Of a stretch of DNA of 64,000 nt, positions 1 to 9,320 are shown piece by piece. A program made the position numbers and the translations under genes. Below the pieces are notes generated by a model. It did not search any database and was not told where the DNA came from. It was given only the letters and a program-made list of their open reading frames with translations. The DNA is taken from contig CAZCRK010000001.1 in assembly GCA_964501035.1 (NCBI GenBank), forward strand, positions 1 through 64,000. The letters are read 5' to 3'. How positions within the stretch are numbered: the stretch's first letter is position 1; each line of letters starts with the position of its first letter.

Positions 1-443
1 AAATATTGGAACATCCCAGCATCAACATATGTAGCAGGATAGTCTAAAATATCACCAGTAGAAACGTAATGTGGTATGTTTACTTGCTGAGATTTTGACA
101 GAAGTTCACTATCGTTATAGCTTCCATAGTCTAAAATATCAAACCGAACTGAATCGTTGTTGCTTCTCCAATATTCGATGTTATTTTTATATATCACACC
201 CCACATTTTAAGATTTTTTAGGTCTGAATTTAGAATAGTAGTGTCGGGAGGGGAGCCCCAGGAATCCACGAGTTTTGTATAATAAAAACACTCATGAGCA
301 TCTAATATATTATCTTGTTCAGTGTATGAAAATTCAATCACATAGTAGCTTGCTAAAATAAGCGTAATCGTTAAAATTAAGAAAAGTGTCCCCAGTTTTA
401 AAAAGAGACTCTTTTTTATAGTTTTGACAAAAGGAAGGCTAAT
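1..443 (-). CDS. Probable sensor histidine kinase, N-terminal part (runs off window start)
   Basis: Manually translated open frame directly after the OmpR-family gene: ISLPFVKTIKKSLFLKLGTLFLILTITLILASYYVIEFSYTEQDNILDAHEC... (basic N-terminus, TM helix, periplasmic region). Kinase domains lie outside the window. No ATG/GTG/TTG before the TM helix, so the start is uncertain. Confidence 0.55.
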   Translation of the reverse strand, partial: MSLPFVKTIKKSLFLKLGTLFLILTITLILASYYVIEFSYTEQDNILDAHECFYYTKLVDSWGSPPDTTILNSDLKNLKMWGVIYKNNIEYWRSNNDSVRFDILDYGSYNDSELLSKSQQVNIPHYVSTGDILDYPATYVDAGMFQY

Positions 444-1128
444 TTTTTACTATTCCTATAAATTTATAGCCCACTCCGTGCACTGTTTTAATAAAACGAG
501 TTCGGGAAGGAGTTTCTCCTAATTTGTTTCTTAGTCTACTGACCAAAACATCCACAGATCGATCGTATGACTGCCACTGAATTCCACGTAAGTTTTCAAC
601 TAGTTTTTCCCGGTCCAAAATTTGCCCAGGATTTTCAACAAACATTAGCAATGCTTCATATTCGGTTGTGGACAAATGAACAACCCCACCCTCTAAAAGA
701 ACTTCTTGTTTCAATTTATCAACTTGTAAATCTTCAAATTCAACAATGTCTTGCATGGATTCAGGTGAAAGACTTCTTCTTAAAATCGATTGAATTCTTG
801 CAAGCAACTCTCTTGGTTCGAAAGGTTTTGGTAAATAATCATCTGCCCCAAGCTCAAGCCCCACAATTCTATCTGTTACTTCACCTCTGGCCGTCAACAT
901 CATCACGGGAACAGAAGAATTTTCTCGAACTTTTCGTAACACCTGAAAACCATCCATCCCAGGCAACATAATATCCAAGACAATCAAGTCAATCTCATTG
1001 TTTTCTAAATAGCCCAACCCCTCTTCAGGGGTATGTTTTGCATGTATTTTAAAATTAAATGAGCTCAAAAACTCATCAAGCAGTTCCGTTAACTGCTCAT
1101 CATCATCTATAATTAAGATATTGTCCAT
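439..1128 (-). CDS. OmpR/PhoB-family response regulator
   Basis: Receiver domain (IIDDD, LDIMLPGMDG, MLTARG, GADDYLPKPF) plus winged-helix domain (DRSVDVLVSRLRNKL, IKTVHGVGYKF). Confidence 0.95.
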   Translation of the reverse strand: MDNILIIDDDEQLTELLDEFLSSFNFKIHAKHTPEEGLGYLENNEIDLIVLDIMLPGMDGFQVLRKVRENSSVPVMMLTARGEVTDRIVGLELGADDYLPKPFEPRELLARIQSILRRSLSPESMQDIVEFEDLQVDKLKQEVLLEGGVVHLSTTEYEALLMFVENPGQILDREKLVENLRGIQWQSYDRSVDVLVSRLRNKLGETPSRTRFIKTVHGVGYKFIGIVKN

Positions 1129-1146
1129 TTTACCCCCAGTTAATTA

Positions 1147-2481
1147 TTATGAAATGTCACTTTTCATATTTTCAATATTATGTGCAAACTCTGCATCTGA
1201 TTGAATTTTACCCTCGATTGTTTTACAGGCATGAATTACCGTAGAATGATCACGCCCACCAAAGTGAGAGCCAATATTTATCAACGACAAATCTGTTAAC
1301 TCTCGTGCAAGAAACATCGCTGTTTGACGAGCAATAGCAACATTTTGTTTTCTGCCCTTGCCCGACATTTGGCGTTCACTGACTTTCATTTCTTTACTCA
1401 CACATTTTATGACATGATCTATATTCACCTTATTGAAAGCAGATTTTCCAAGCATATCAACCAACACTTTTTTTGCCATTTCCATTGTAATGTCCAGATG
1501 TGAAATTGACGACAAGGCTAATAAGCGAATTAGTACGGCCTTCATTCTACGAACATCATTTTTTACGCTAAACGCAATAAACTCAGTTACATCGTACGGA
1601 ATGTCCAAACAGTCATCGTCAGCCTGCTTTGACAATATAGCAATGCGTGTTTCAAGGTCTGGAGCCTGAATATCAACAATTAACCCAGATTGAAACCGCG
1701 AAACCAACCTATCTTTAATCCCTTTAAGCTCATTTGGATGCCTGTCTGCCGTTAAAACAATTTGTTTACCTCGCTGATACAAATCATTGAATAAATGAAA
1801 AAATTGTTCTTGTGTTTGGTCTTTTTTTTGAAAAAACTGCACATCATCTAATAATAATATGTCAACGTTTCTATACGTTTGGGCAAATTCCGTCGATTTG
1901 TTCTTTTGAATAGCAGAAATAAACTCCTGCATAAACTTTTCACTGGTTAAATAGACTACCCTGGTGCTCGGTTTTTTTTGAAGGATATGGTTTCCAATTG
2001 CTTGGAGTAAATGGGTTTTCCCAAGGCCCGGGTTACTATAAATTAACAACGGATTAAACGGTGTTTGTCCTGGAGTATCTGATACCGAAAAAGCTGCTGC
2101 CTTTGCAAACTGGTTATCTTTTCCCTCAATAAAATTTTCAAAAATATATCTACTATTGAGTTGGGATGATTGGTGATAACCTTTTGGAATTGGTTTTTCG
2201 GTTTCTTGAAGCTTTGGGATTTCTTCTGTAGACTTATTGCTAATGACAACACTATAATTAACAACCATGGGATTATTAAAATGTTCTTTGATAGCACTAT
2301 CAATTAAATGGCGATACTTAGACTCAAGCCATTCATAATGAAATTGATTCGGCACCTGAAGGGTTATTGCCTCTTCTTGAATGGACGATGCAATTACAAC
2401 ATCATCAAACCATGTTTGAAAGGCTTGTTCGGGGATTCTTTCCCGAATATACTCCAAACAATTTTGCCATTTTTCCATCAA
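1147..2481 (-). CDS. dnaA: Chromosomal replication initiator DnaA
   Basis: Domain I (AFQTWF), Walker A GLGKTHL, Walker B LLLDDVQF, DRLVSRF, domain IV GGRDHSTVIHA. Confidence 0.95.
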   Translation of the reverse strand: MMEKWQNCLEYIRERIPEQAFQTWFDDVVIASSIQEEAITLQVPNQFHYEWLESKYRHLIDSAIKEHFNNPMVVNYSVVISNKSTEEIPKLQETEKPIPKGYHQSSQLNSRYIFENFIEGKDNQFAKAAAFSVSDTPGQTPFNPLLIYSNPGLGKTHLLQAIGNHILQKKPSTRVVYLTSEKFMQEFISAIQKNKSTEFAQTYRNVDILLLDDVQFFQKKDQTQEQFFHLFNDLYQRGKQIVLTADRHPNELKGIKDRLVSRFQSGLIVDIQAPDLETRIAILSKQADDDCLDIPYDVTEFIAFSVKNDVRRMKAVLIRLLALSSISHLDITMEMAKKVLVDMLGKSAFNKVNIDHVIKCVSKEMKVSERQMSGKGRKQNVAIARQTAMFLARELTDLSLINIGSHFGGRDHSTVIHACKTIEGKIQSDAEFAHNIENMKSDIS

Positions 2482-2513
2482 TTGTCTTATCTCTTTCTAA
2501 TTTATTAACGAAC

Positions 2514-2522
2514 TTATACACA
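2514..2522 (+). promoter_or_regulatory. DnaA box (TTATACACA) in the dnaA upstream region
   Basis: Matches TTWTNCACA about 33 bp upstream of the dnaA start; consistent with autoregulation. Confidence 0.55.
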
Positions 2523-2616
2523 TATTTGTATATTCAAAATTCGCATAATATAACAGTATAAAACAAGCCCTTTAGGTGCGAATTATTAACCTTTTTGTTG
2601 TAAATTTTCTGCTCAA

Positions 2617-3438
2617 ATGACAATATTATTTTTACTAATTATTATAATTTGTACAATTTTTTGGTTTTTTTTATCAAGCTGGAAACCACAAGCACACACC
2701 CTTTTTAAGAATAATAAACCAACGGTGTTTGGACACAGGGGGTGTCCAATCCGAAAAACTGAAAACACCCTCCCCTCGTTTAAAGAAGCACTTACTGCAG
2801 GAACAGATGGCATTGAGCTAGATATCCAATGGTCTAAAGATAAGCAACTAGTTGTGTTTCATGATTTTGACTTAACATCCTTAGGCCACCCAGAAAAGCT
2901 TGTTTCCTCGCTTACATATGAAGAAATCAAACAATTAAGCTCACAATTTTATGATAAACCCAGCACATATATTCCACTTTTACAAGAGGTTGTACAGATT
3001 TTACCCCAAAATCAAGTTATCAACATTGAAATTAAAACAAATCAGATTTTCTGTTCTGGGATTGAGCAAGAAGTTGCAAACCTTATAAAGAACTCAAACA
3101 TTGAAGCACAAACTTTAATTTCATCATTTAACCCTTTTGTTTTAAAAAAGATAAAACAAATTATTCCCAACGTAAAAACCGGACTTTTGTGGAGCAGGGA
3201 AGATCAAAGTTATTGGTTTCTGCCACGCCACTGGGCATATTTTTGTAAGCCAGATACATTTCACCCAGATATTGAATTTGTATCAGAAAAACAAGTAAAT
3301 TGGGCACATGAAAAAGGAATGTTGGTGTTTGCCTTTACTGTTAATTCGTCAGAACAAATTAATAAGGTCAAGTCCTATAACATTGATGGAATTTTTACAG
3401 ATGACCCCAAAACAATGAAGGAAAAACTAGTAGTATGA
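2617..3438 (+). CDS. Glycerophosphodiester phosphodiesterase with N-terminal membrane anchor
   Basis: GHRG, ENTL, GIELDI, VVFHD, NIEIK, GIFTD motifs; N-terminal TM helix. Confidence 0.9.
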   Translation: MTILFLLIIIICTIFWFFLSSWKPQAHTLFKNNKPTVFGHRGCPIRKTENTLPSFKEALTAGTDGIELDIQWSKDKQLVVFHDFDLTSLGHPEKLVSSLTYEEIKQLSSQFYDKPSTYIPLLQEVVQILPQNQVINIEIKTNQIFCSGIEQEVANLIKNSNIEAQTLISSFNPFVLKKIKQIIPNVKTGLLWSREDQSYWFLPRHWAYFCKPDTFHPDIEFVSEKQVNWAHEKGMLVFAFTVNSSEQINKVKSYNIDGIFTDDPKTMKEKLVV

Positions 3439-5150
3439 AATATTTTGTATTTATTGCATTGTTTATCTTTGGCTGCACCCACCAAACAACGAATGAACTT
3501 ACAAAAGATGATCTGATACATCATATTGGTTGGATGGCACATGATAAAATGGGTGGTCGATTAGCTGGTTCAAAAGAAGAGCTAAAAACAGCAGCGAAGA
3601 TATCAAAATATTTTGAGAGTGCTGGTTTAGAGCGTGTAAACCATTCATATCTACAGTCCTTTGAATTTTTAGTTGGAGGAAAGCCAAATGCTGATTTTAC
3701 ATTTTCTATTAATAATACAAATATTCAAGGTGTTGAGTTTTTGAGGTTTTCATCTTCAGGAAGCGTCGTTGGCAACGTAGTGTTTGCAGGTAATGGAGTT
3801 ACAGAACCGCAATATGATTTTGACGATTATAATTCACTCAAAACTGAAAACAATGTGGTGATATTATTAGCAGGCAACCCAAACGAGACCAATTGGCCAT
3901 TGCGAAAAAAAGCAATGAATGCACGCGAACATGGTGCTTCCGCCGTGTTGTTTGTGGCCGAAAAAGAACATTCTATTGATGCCTATGTTAACATAAAACA
4001 AAAAATGTTCGACAATGTAGGAATACCAACTGCAATTGCAAGCTTTGAAACTCTAAGAAATATTTTAAGTGAAAATCAAATTGACCTCTTATCCATTATT
4101 TTAAACATGAAAGAAAATCCACACAAAACACATGGCTTTGAAACGAATATTCAAGTTGAAATAAGTGTAACCATGGATTCAATAAAAAAAACATCGCATA
4201 ACGTTTTGGGAGAGTATTGTCCCCCCAACACTCTCAGCGATTCATATATTATTTTGGGAGCGCACATGGATCACCTTGGTTTTGGCGGCCCAGGAAGCGG
4301 GTCTTCAGCACCAAACATTCATGCTGTACACAATGGGGCAGATGATAATGCATCCGGAGTATCTGCAATGTTGGAAATTGTTGAATTCATAGGGCATACC
4401 CAACCGCCTCTTGATTGCAAACTTTTGTTTGTTGCTTTTGGTGCTGAAGAGCAGGGATTAATTGGATCGTCTTATTTAGCAGAAAACCTTCCGTTTGACA
4501 AAGATAATCTAAAAGCCATGATAAACATGGACATGATAGGTCGAATGGAAAACCAAACCCTGGTGTTGGGAGCTGTGGGTACAGCAATGGAGTGGAAGAC
4601 CATCATAGCAGAAATTACACCATATAATTTGAATATTGTTTTTGACGATGAAGGCTTTGGTGCAAGTGATCATCAATCTTTTATTTTAGAAGATATTCCC
4701 TCATTGTTTGTATTTACAGGTGCACATGAAGACTACCACAAGCCATCCGACGACATTGAAAAAATTAACCCTGACGGCTTATTGCAGGTTACTGAGTTTG
4801 TAAATGAACTGCTGTTCACTATATCTGCATCTGAGCAACCCATTACCTTTAAAAAAATCAACCCCCGCATGCAGAAGGGCAAAAGAAGTTCTGTAAAACT
4901 AGGCACGATACCAGATTATACCTATAATGGTGATGGCATGAGAATCAAAGGTGTTTCTTCTGATAGCCCTGCTGAACAAATTGGATTACAAAAAAATGAT
5001 GTTATTATTTCACTCGGTGGTGTTGAAATACATAGTATATATGATTATATGTTTGCCCTTCAAGGGGTTCAGGTTGGTGAAAAAACCAACATTGGCATTA
5101 TCCGAAATCATCAAAAATTTAATAAACAAATCACCCCAGCAAAAAAATAA
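3435..5150 (+). CDS. M28 family aminopeptidase lipoprotein with PA and C-terminal PDZ domains
   Basis: Lipobox IFGC; GAHMDH, NGADDNASG, GAEEQG, NMDMIG, SDHQSF, DYHKPSD; PDZ segment SPAEQIGLQKNDVI. Confidence 0.9.
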   Translation: MKYFVFIALFIFGCTHQTTNELTKDDLIHHIGWMAHDKMGGRLAGSKEELKTAAKISKYFESAGLERVNHSYLQSFEFLVGGKPNADFTFSINNTNIQGVEFLRFSSSGSVVGNVVFAGNGVTEPQYDFDDYNSLKTENNVVILLAGNPNETNWPLRKKAMNAREHGASAVLFVAEKEHSIDAYVNIKQKMFDNVGIPTAIASFETLRNILSENQIDLLSIILNMKENPHKTHGFETNIQVEISVTMDSIKKTSHNVLGEYCPPNTLSDSYIILGAHMDHLGFGGPGSGSSAPNIHAVHNGADDNASGVSAMLEIVEFIGHTQPPLDCKLLFVAFGAEEQGLIGSSYLAENLPFDKDNLKAMINMDMIGRMENQTLVLGAVGTAMEWKTIIAEITPYNLNIVFDDEGFGASDHQSFILEDIPSLFVFTGAHEDYHKPSDDIEKINPDGLLQVTEFVNELLFTISASEQPITFKKINPRMQKGKRSSVKLGTIPDYTYNGDGMRIKGVSSDSPAEQIGLQKNDVIISLGGVEIHSIYDYMFALQGVQVGEKTNIGIIRNHQKFNKQITPAKK

Positions 5151-5303
5151 ACACATAAACTCTCGACGACAAAATATCGTTTTTTAACATATTATGATAT
5201 TATGACCTTCATATCACAATAGTTGTGTTTTAAATTAGCATATTCGATATAGTGGTATAAATATCTACTAGTTGAATATTCATTAATAACACTGGAGAAA
5301 AAA

Positions 5304-6764
5304 ATGAAAAACTGGATGAAAATAATTGGAATGATATTGGTATCTGCTACAATGGTGTCCATAGTGTTGGCTGATAGAACAATTCCTTCTGAAATGAGCG
5401 AGGCAACAGCTGAATGCTTAGAGTGCCACAAAGAGGATAATGTGAGCTTGTTTCAGCAATGGGGCAAAAGCAAACATTATGGCGCAAATGTTGGTTGTTA
5501 CGAATGTCACATGGCAAACGAATCAGATGTAGATGCGTTTGAACATGAAGGCTATACAATTTCTGTAATTGTATCACCAAACGATTGCGCACGATGTCAT
5601 GAAAACGAAGTAGAAGAATTTGCAAATTCTCACCACTCAAAAGCGGGCAGAATCATGGGTTCACTTGACAACGTACTTGCTGAAGTGGTAGAAGGCAACA
5701 ATGGCTTGGTTACACCTGGATTTCCACACGGCAACTCTGCAGCCGCAGTAAATGGTTGTTGGCAATGTCATGGTTCAGCGGTTAAGGTGCTAGATGATGG
5801 TTCATTAGATCCTGCAACCTGGCCAAACACAGGTATTGGACGTGTAAATCCAGACGGCTCTGAAGGGTCTTGCTCAGCATGTCACCAACGACATGAATTT
5901 TCTGTAGCACAAGCAAGAAACCCAGAAAACTGTGGTAAATGCCACATGGGTCCAGATCACCCACAATTGGAAGTATATAATGAATCTAAACATGGTATCA
6001 ACTTTAGAGCAAATATTGATAATATGAATTTAGAATCTTCTAAGTGGGTAGTAGGTGAGGATTATTCGTCTGCACCAACATGTGCAACATGTCATATGTC
6101 TGCAACACCAAATCAACCCGTTACACATAATGTGGGCTTACGAATTAAATGGAACAACAGACCACCAATTTCTAAACTGGCCCATGAAACAGATAAGAAA
6201 TGGGGACTTGAATCTGCCAATATTCACGCGGACACCCGACGAGAAAACATGGAAGACGTGTGTATTGCATGCCATAATGGAAACTTTACAGATAATTTCT
6301 TTATTCAGTATGAAGGTTTGATTGATTTGTATGTTGAAAAATATGCAAAACCAGGTTTGGCTTTATACAACGCTGCCATACCGCTTATGAAAAAAGATGC
6401 AGACGGTAATAAAATTAAATTTGCCGAACCTATTGATTTCACATGGTTTGAATTATGGCATCATGAAGGACGACGTGCTCGTCACGCAGCCTCAATGATG
6501 GCGCCAGATTATACACATTGGCACGGTACTTATGATCTTGCAAAGCACTTCTATGCTAAATATATACCTGAATTAGAAGAGCTTATTGAGCGAGGCATGC
6601 ACTCGGGCGACAATGCGCAAATAAAAGCAGCAAAGCAATTACAGTTTGTTTTAGATGAAACCCTAAACAGTTCTGACCACGAATGGTACTTGGGTAAAAT
6701 GGACCCTGCTGAAAAAGCAAGGCGCAAAAAAGCATCTGACGAATTTAAATCTCGATATAAATAA
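5304..6764 (+). CDS. Octaheme c-type cytochrome, hydroxylamine oxidoreductase (HAO)-like family
   Basis: Signal peptide; 8 CxxCH motifs (CLECH, CYECH, CARCH, CWQCH, CSACH, CGKCH, CATCH, CIACH); GPDHPQ, YNESKHG and C-terminal APDYTHWHG segments typical of HAO-like proteins. Confidence 0.85.
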   Translation: MKNWMKIIGMILVSATMVSIVLADRTIPSEMSEATAECLECHKEDNVSLFQQWGKSKHYGANVGCYECHMANESDVDAFEHEGYTISVIVSPNDCARCHENEVEEFANSHHSKAGRIMGSLDNVLAEVVEGNNGLVTPGFPHGNSAAAVNGCWQCHGSAVKVLDDGSLDPATWPNTGIGRVNPDGSEGSCSACHQRHEFSVAQARNPENCGKCHMGPDHPQLEVYNESKHGINFRANIDNMNLESSKWVVGEDYSSAPTCATCHMSATPNQPVTHNVGLRIKWNNRPPISKLAHETDKKWGLESANIHADTRRENMEDVCIACHNGNFTDNFFIQYEGLIDLYVEKYAKPGLALYNAAIPLMKKDADGNKIKFAEPIDFTWFELWHHEGRRARHAASMMAPDYTHWHGTYDLAKHFYAKYIPELEELIERGMHSGDNAQIKAAKQLQFVLDETLNSSDHEWYLGKMDPAEKARRKKASDEFKSRYK

Positions 6765-6778
6765 GAAAACATGGAAAG

Positions 6779-6804
6779 AATGGGGTGCTTAGTTGCGCCC
6801 CATT
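6779..6804 (+). other. Intergenic GC-rich hairpin without U-tract
   Basis: AATGGGGTGC-ttagtt-GCGCCCCATT between the cytochrome and porin genes; more likely an mRNA stability element than a terminator. Confidence 0.5.
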
Positions 6805-6840
6805 GTCCATCAAACAGAAAACAACAAAAGGAGAATCGTA

Positions 6841-7392
6841 GTGAGAAAAGCTACTATAATAGGAATGTTACTAATGCTTGGTGTATCAAGCGCATTGTTT
6901 GCTATAGATAATGTTAAATTTTCAGGTCAATTGCGTCACAGATATGAAATGAGCAATAAAGATTTCGATGCAACAAACGATGCATCAAATACATCATATC
7001 TTAGATCACGGTTTAATGCGGTATTTCAACCATCATATGATGTGAAGGCAATGCTACAAATACAAAACACAAAAACACTTGGAAGCAATTCTGGAACATT
7101 AGCCTATGCAGATGATGATAGATTGTTTTTTCACCAAGGATATGTGCAGTTAACAGACCTCTTTTTTAATAACTTTGATTTTAAATTGGGTCGTTATGAA
7201 GTTGCATATGGTCCTCAACGTTTAATTGGCGCAGTAGGATGGCACAATATTGCTCGTAGTTTTGANNNNNNNNNNNNNNNNNNNNNNNNNNNNNNNNNNN
7301 NNNNNNNNNNNNNNNNNNNNNNNNNNNNNNNNNNNNNNNNNNNNNNNNNNNNNNNNNNNNNNNNNTATTTAATGACAATTATAAACTTCTAA
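6841..7392 (+). CDS. Outer-membrane beta-barrel, alginate-export (AlgE-like) porin family; interrupted by assembly gap
   Basis: GTG start after AAGGAG RBS; signal peptide; KFSGQLRHRYE, FHQGYVQL, KLGRYEVAYG, RLIGAVGWHNIARSF; post-gap fragment ends YLMTIINF* (terminal Phe beta-signal). Confidence 0.75.
   Translation: MRKATIIGMLLMLGVSSALFAIDNVKFSGQLRHRYEMSNKDFDATNDASNTSYLRSRFNAVFQPSYDVKAMLQIQNTKTLGSNSGTLAYADDDRLFFHQGYVQLTDLFFNNFDFKLGRYEVAYGPQRLIGAVGWHNIARSFXXXXXXXXXXXXXXXXXXXXXXXXXXXXXXXXXXYLMTIINF
7266..7365. other. Scaffold gap (100 N)
   Basis: Run of N. Confidence 1.
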
Positions 7393-7415
7393 GTCTCCTT
7401 TGTTGTTATGTGGTT

Positions 7416-7447
7416 AAAAAAAGGGCGGTACACAACCGCCCTTTTTT
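7416..7447 (+). terminator. Intrinsic terminator (possibly bidirectional)
   Basis: AAAAAAAGGGCGGT-acaca-ACCGCCCTTTTTT. Confidence 0.85.
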
Positions 7448-7467
7448 ATTTTCTACTAATATTAAAC

Positions 7468-7500
7468 AACCTTTCAAAGGTTTCAAACCTTTGAAAGGTT
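7468..7500. repeat. 33-bp palindromic REP-like element, copy 1
   Basis: AACCTTTCAAAGGTTT-C-AAACCTTTGAAAGGTT; degenerate second copy at 55295-55327. Confidence 0.75.
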
Positions 7501-7539
7501 ATAAATTACCTCATCACTTTTTGACTATTTCAGGGAATT

Positions 7540-8460
7540 ATGGCAGATATTTTTTCACAACTTGAACAATTAAAGCAAAAACGCAATGCGGTCATTCTTG
7601 CTCATTATTATCAAGACCCAGACATTCAAGATGTTGCTGATTTTATGGGAGACAGTCTCGCTCTTGCTAAACATGCCCAGCAGACAGATGCGGATGTCAT
7701 TCTGTTTTGTGGTGTTCACTTTATGTGCGAAACTGCTAAAATATTAAATCCAACCAAACGAGTTATATTGCCCGATATTGATGCAGGATGTTCTTTAGCA
7801 GATAGTGCACCACCTGAGCGCTTTAAACAGTGGATTGATGCACATCCAAACCATACTGTGGTTAGTTATATCAATTGCTCAGCTGAAATCAAAGCTATGT
7901 CGGATATTATTTGCACATCTTCGAATGCTGAAAAAATTGTAAACAGTTTGCCGTCTGATGAACGTATTTTATTTGCCCCCGATAAATTTTTGGGTGGGTA
8001 TATTAATTCACAAACAGGACGCAATATGACATTGTGGGACGGCGCGTGTCAAGTCCATGAAATCTTTTCTGAAAAAGAATTAGTGAAGCTAAAAACAAGG
8101 CACCCCAAATCTAAAGTTTTAGTACATCCCGAATGTGATGTCAACATTTTACAATATGCAGACCATATTGGCTCTACAACATCCATAATTAATTTTGCAA
8201 AATCATCAACTTCTGACTCCTTTATCATTGCAACAGAGCCGGGAGTGATACATACCATGCAAAAAGAAAATCCAAATAAAACATTTATTCCACTTCCAAG
8301 CAATGATGGTTGTGCCTGTAATGAATGCCCTCATATGCGGTTAAATACAATTGAAAAAATGGTGAATGCACTTGAAAACATGTCGCCAGAAATAAGTATG
8401 TCAGAAGATTTGCGATTACAAGCTCTGAAACCCTTAGAACGAATGCTGGATTTAAGTTGA
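7540..8460 (+). CDS. nadA: Quinolinate synthase
   Basis: ILAHYYQ, GDSL, FCGVHFM, AGCSLA, SYINCS, CQVH, HPEC, CPHM motifs. Confidence 0.97.
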   Translation: MADIFSQLEQLKQKRNAVILAHYYQDPDIQDVADFMGDSLALAKHAQQTDADVILFCGVHFMCETAKILNPTKRVILPDIDAGCSLADSAPPERFKQWIDAHPNHTVVSYINCSAEIKAMSDIICTSSNAEKIVNSLPSDERILFAPDKFLGGYINSQTGRNMTLWDGACQVHEIFSEKELVKLKTRHPKSKVLVHPECDVNILQYADHIGSTTSIINFAKSSTSDSFIIATEPGVIHTMQKENPNKTFIPLPSNDGCACNECPHMRLNTIEKMVNALENMSPEISMSEDLRLQALKPLERMLDLS

Positions 8461-9320
8461 TAGTTTATCCACAACAAACAACATTAGATGAAAAATTTGT
8501 AAGAAAGCAAATTGCATTTTTTATGCAAGAAGACATGCCAGATGGAGACAAAACAACAGAGAGCACTATTGGTAAAGATGCTTTATCCACAGCAGAAATT
8601 CAAGCTGTTGAAGATATGGTGTTTGTAGGTGAGCATGTGATTCCTTTCAGCTTTGGTACAGATTGTGATGTGTATTTGAATCCTAGCGATGGTGATGATA
8701 TTAAAGCAGGCGATATAATTGGGACTATTACAGGCCCTTCACGTGCTATTTTATCATATGAGCGGGTGATGCTTAACTTAACACAACGATTATGTGGAAT
8801 TGCAACCAATGCGCGTATGTATTCAGAGCTTGCCAAACCCTTTAAAGTCAAAATTTTAGATACACGCAAAACGACACCTGGTTTAAGACTGTTTGAAAAA
8901 TATGCGGTATGCTGTGGGGGCGCATTTAATCATCGGCTCAACCTTTCAACAGGTGTTTTGATAAAAGATAATCATTTAAAATCTGCAGGAAGCATTGCAA
9001 AAGCAGTATCAATGTCGAAGCAAGAAGGACACAAATTACATATAGAATTGGAAGTAGATACTTTGGCTCAAGTAAAAGAAGGTCTATCTGCGGGTGTAGA
9101 TGGTTTTTTATTGGACAACATGTCACCCAAACAAATCCAAGAAGCTATAGCAGTTATTCGGCAACATCCCGGCGGAGATAGTATTTTTGTTGAAGCATCC
9201 GGTGGAATTACTATTGAAAACATTCATGGCTATTTGGATACTGGCATCAATGCAATTTCTATTGGAGCATTAACACATGCTGTTAAGAGTCGCGATATTC
9301 GTTTGGAGTTCATCCGCTGA
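8457..9320 (+). CDS. nadC: Nicotinate-nucleotide diphosphorylase (quinolinate phosphoribosyltransferase)
   Basis: DTRKTTPGLR, NHR, LIKDNH, ELEVDT, LLDNM, EASGGI, ISIGALTH. Confidence 0.97.
   Translation: MIVYPQQTTLDEKFVRKQIAFFMQEDMPDGDKTTESTIGKDALSTAEIQAVEDMVFVGEHVIPFSFGTDCDVYLNPSDGDDIKAGDIIGTITGPSRAILSYERVMLNLTQRLCGIATNARMYSELAKPFKVKILDTRKTTPGLRLFEKYAVCCGGAFNHRLNLSTGVLIKDNHLKSAGSIAKAVSMSKQEGHKLHIELEVDTLAQVKEGLSAGVDGFLLDNMSPKQIQEAIAVIRQHPGGDSIFVEASGGITIENIHGYLDTGINAISIGALTHAVKSRDIRLEFIR

Noticed and set aside
2482..2616. oriC upstream of dnaA
   Set aside because: Only 135 bp with one recognisable DnaA box; not enough to call an origin.
5192..5431. Minus-strand ORF and an FNR/Rex site upstream of the octaheme cytochrome
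   Set aside because: The ORF is a shadow of the cytochrome start; the imperfect palindrome near 5192-5219 does not match FNR, CRP or Rex spacing.
6793..6840. ORF-track start of the porin at 6793
   Set aside because: It lies inside the intergenic hairpin; the GTG at 6841 has an AAGGAG RBS and yields a normal signal peptide.
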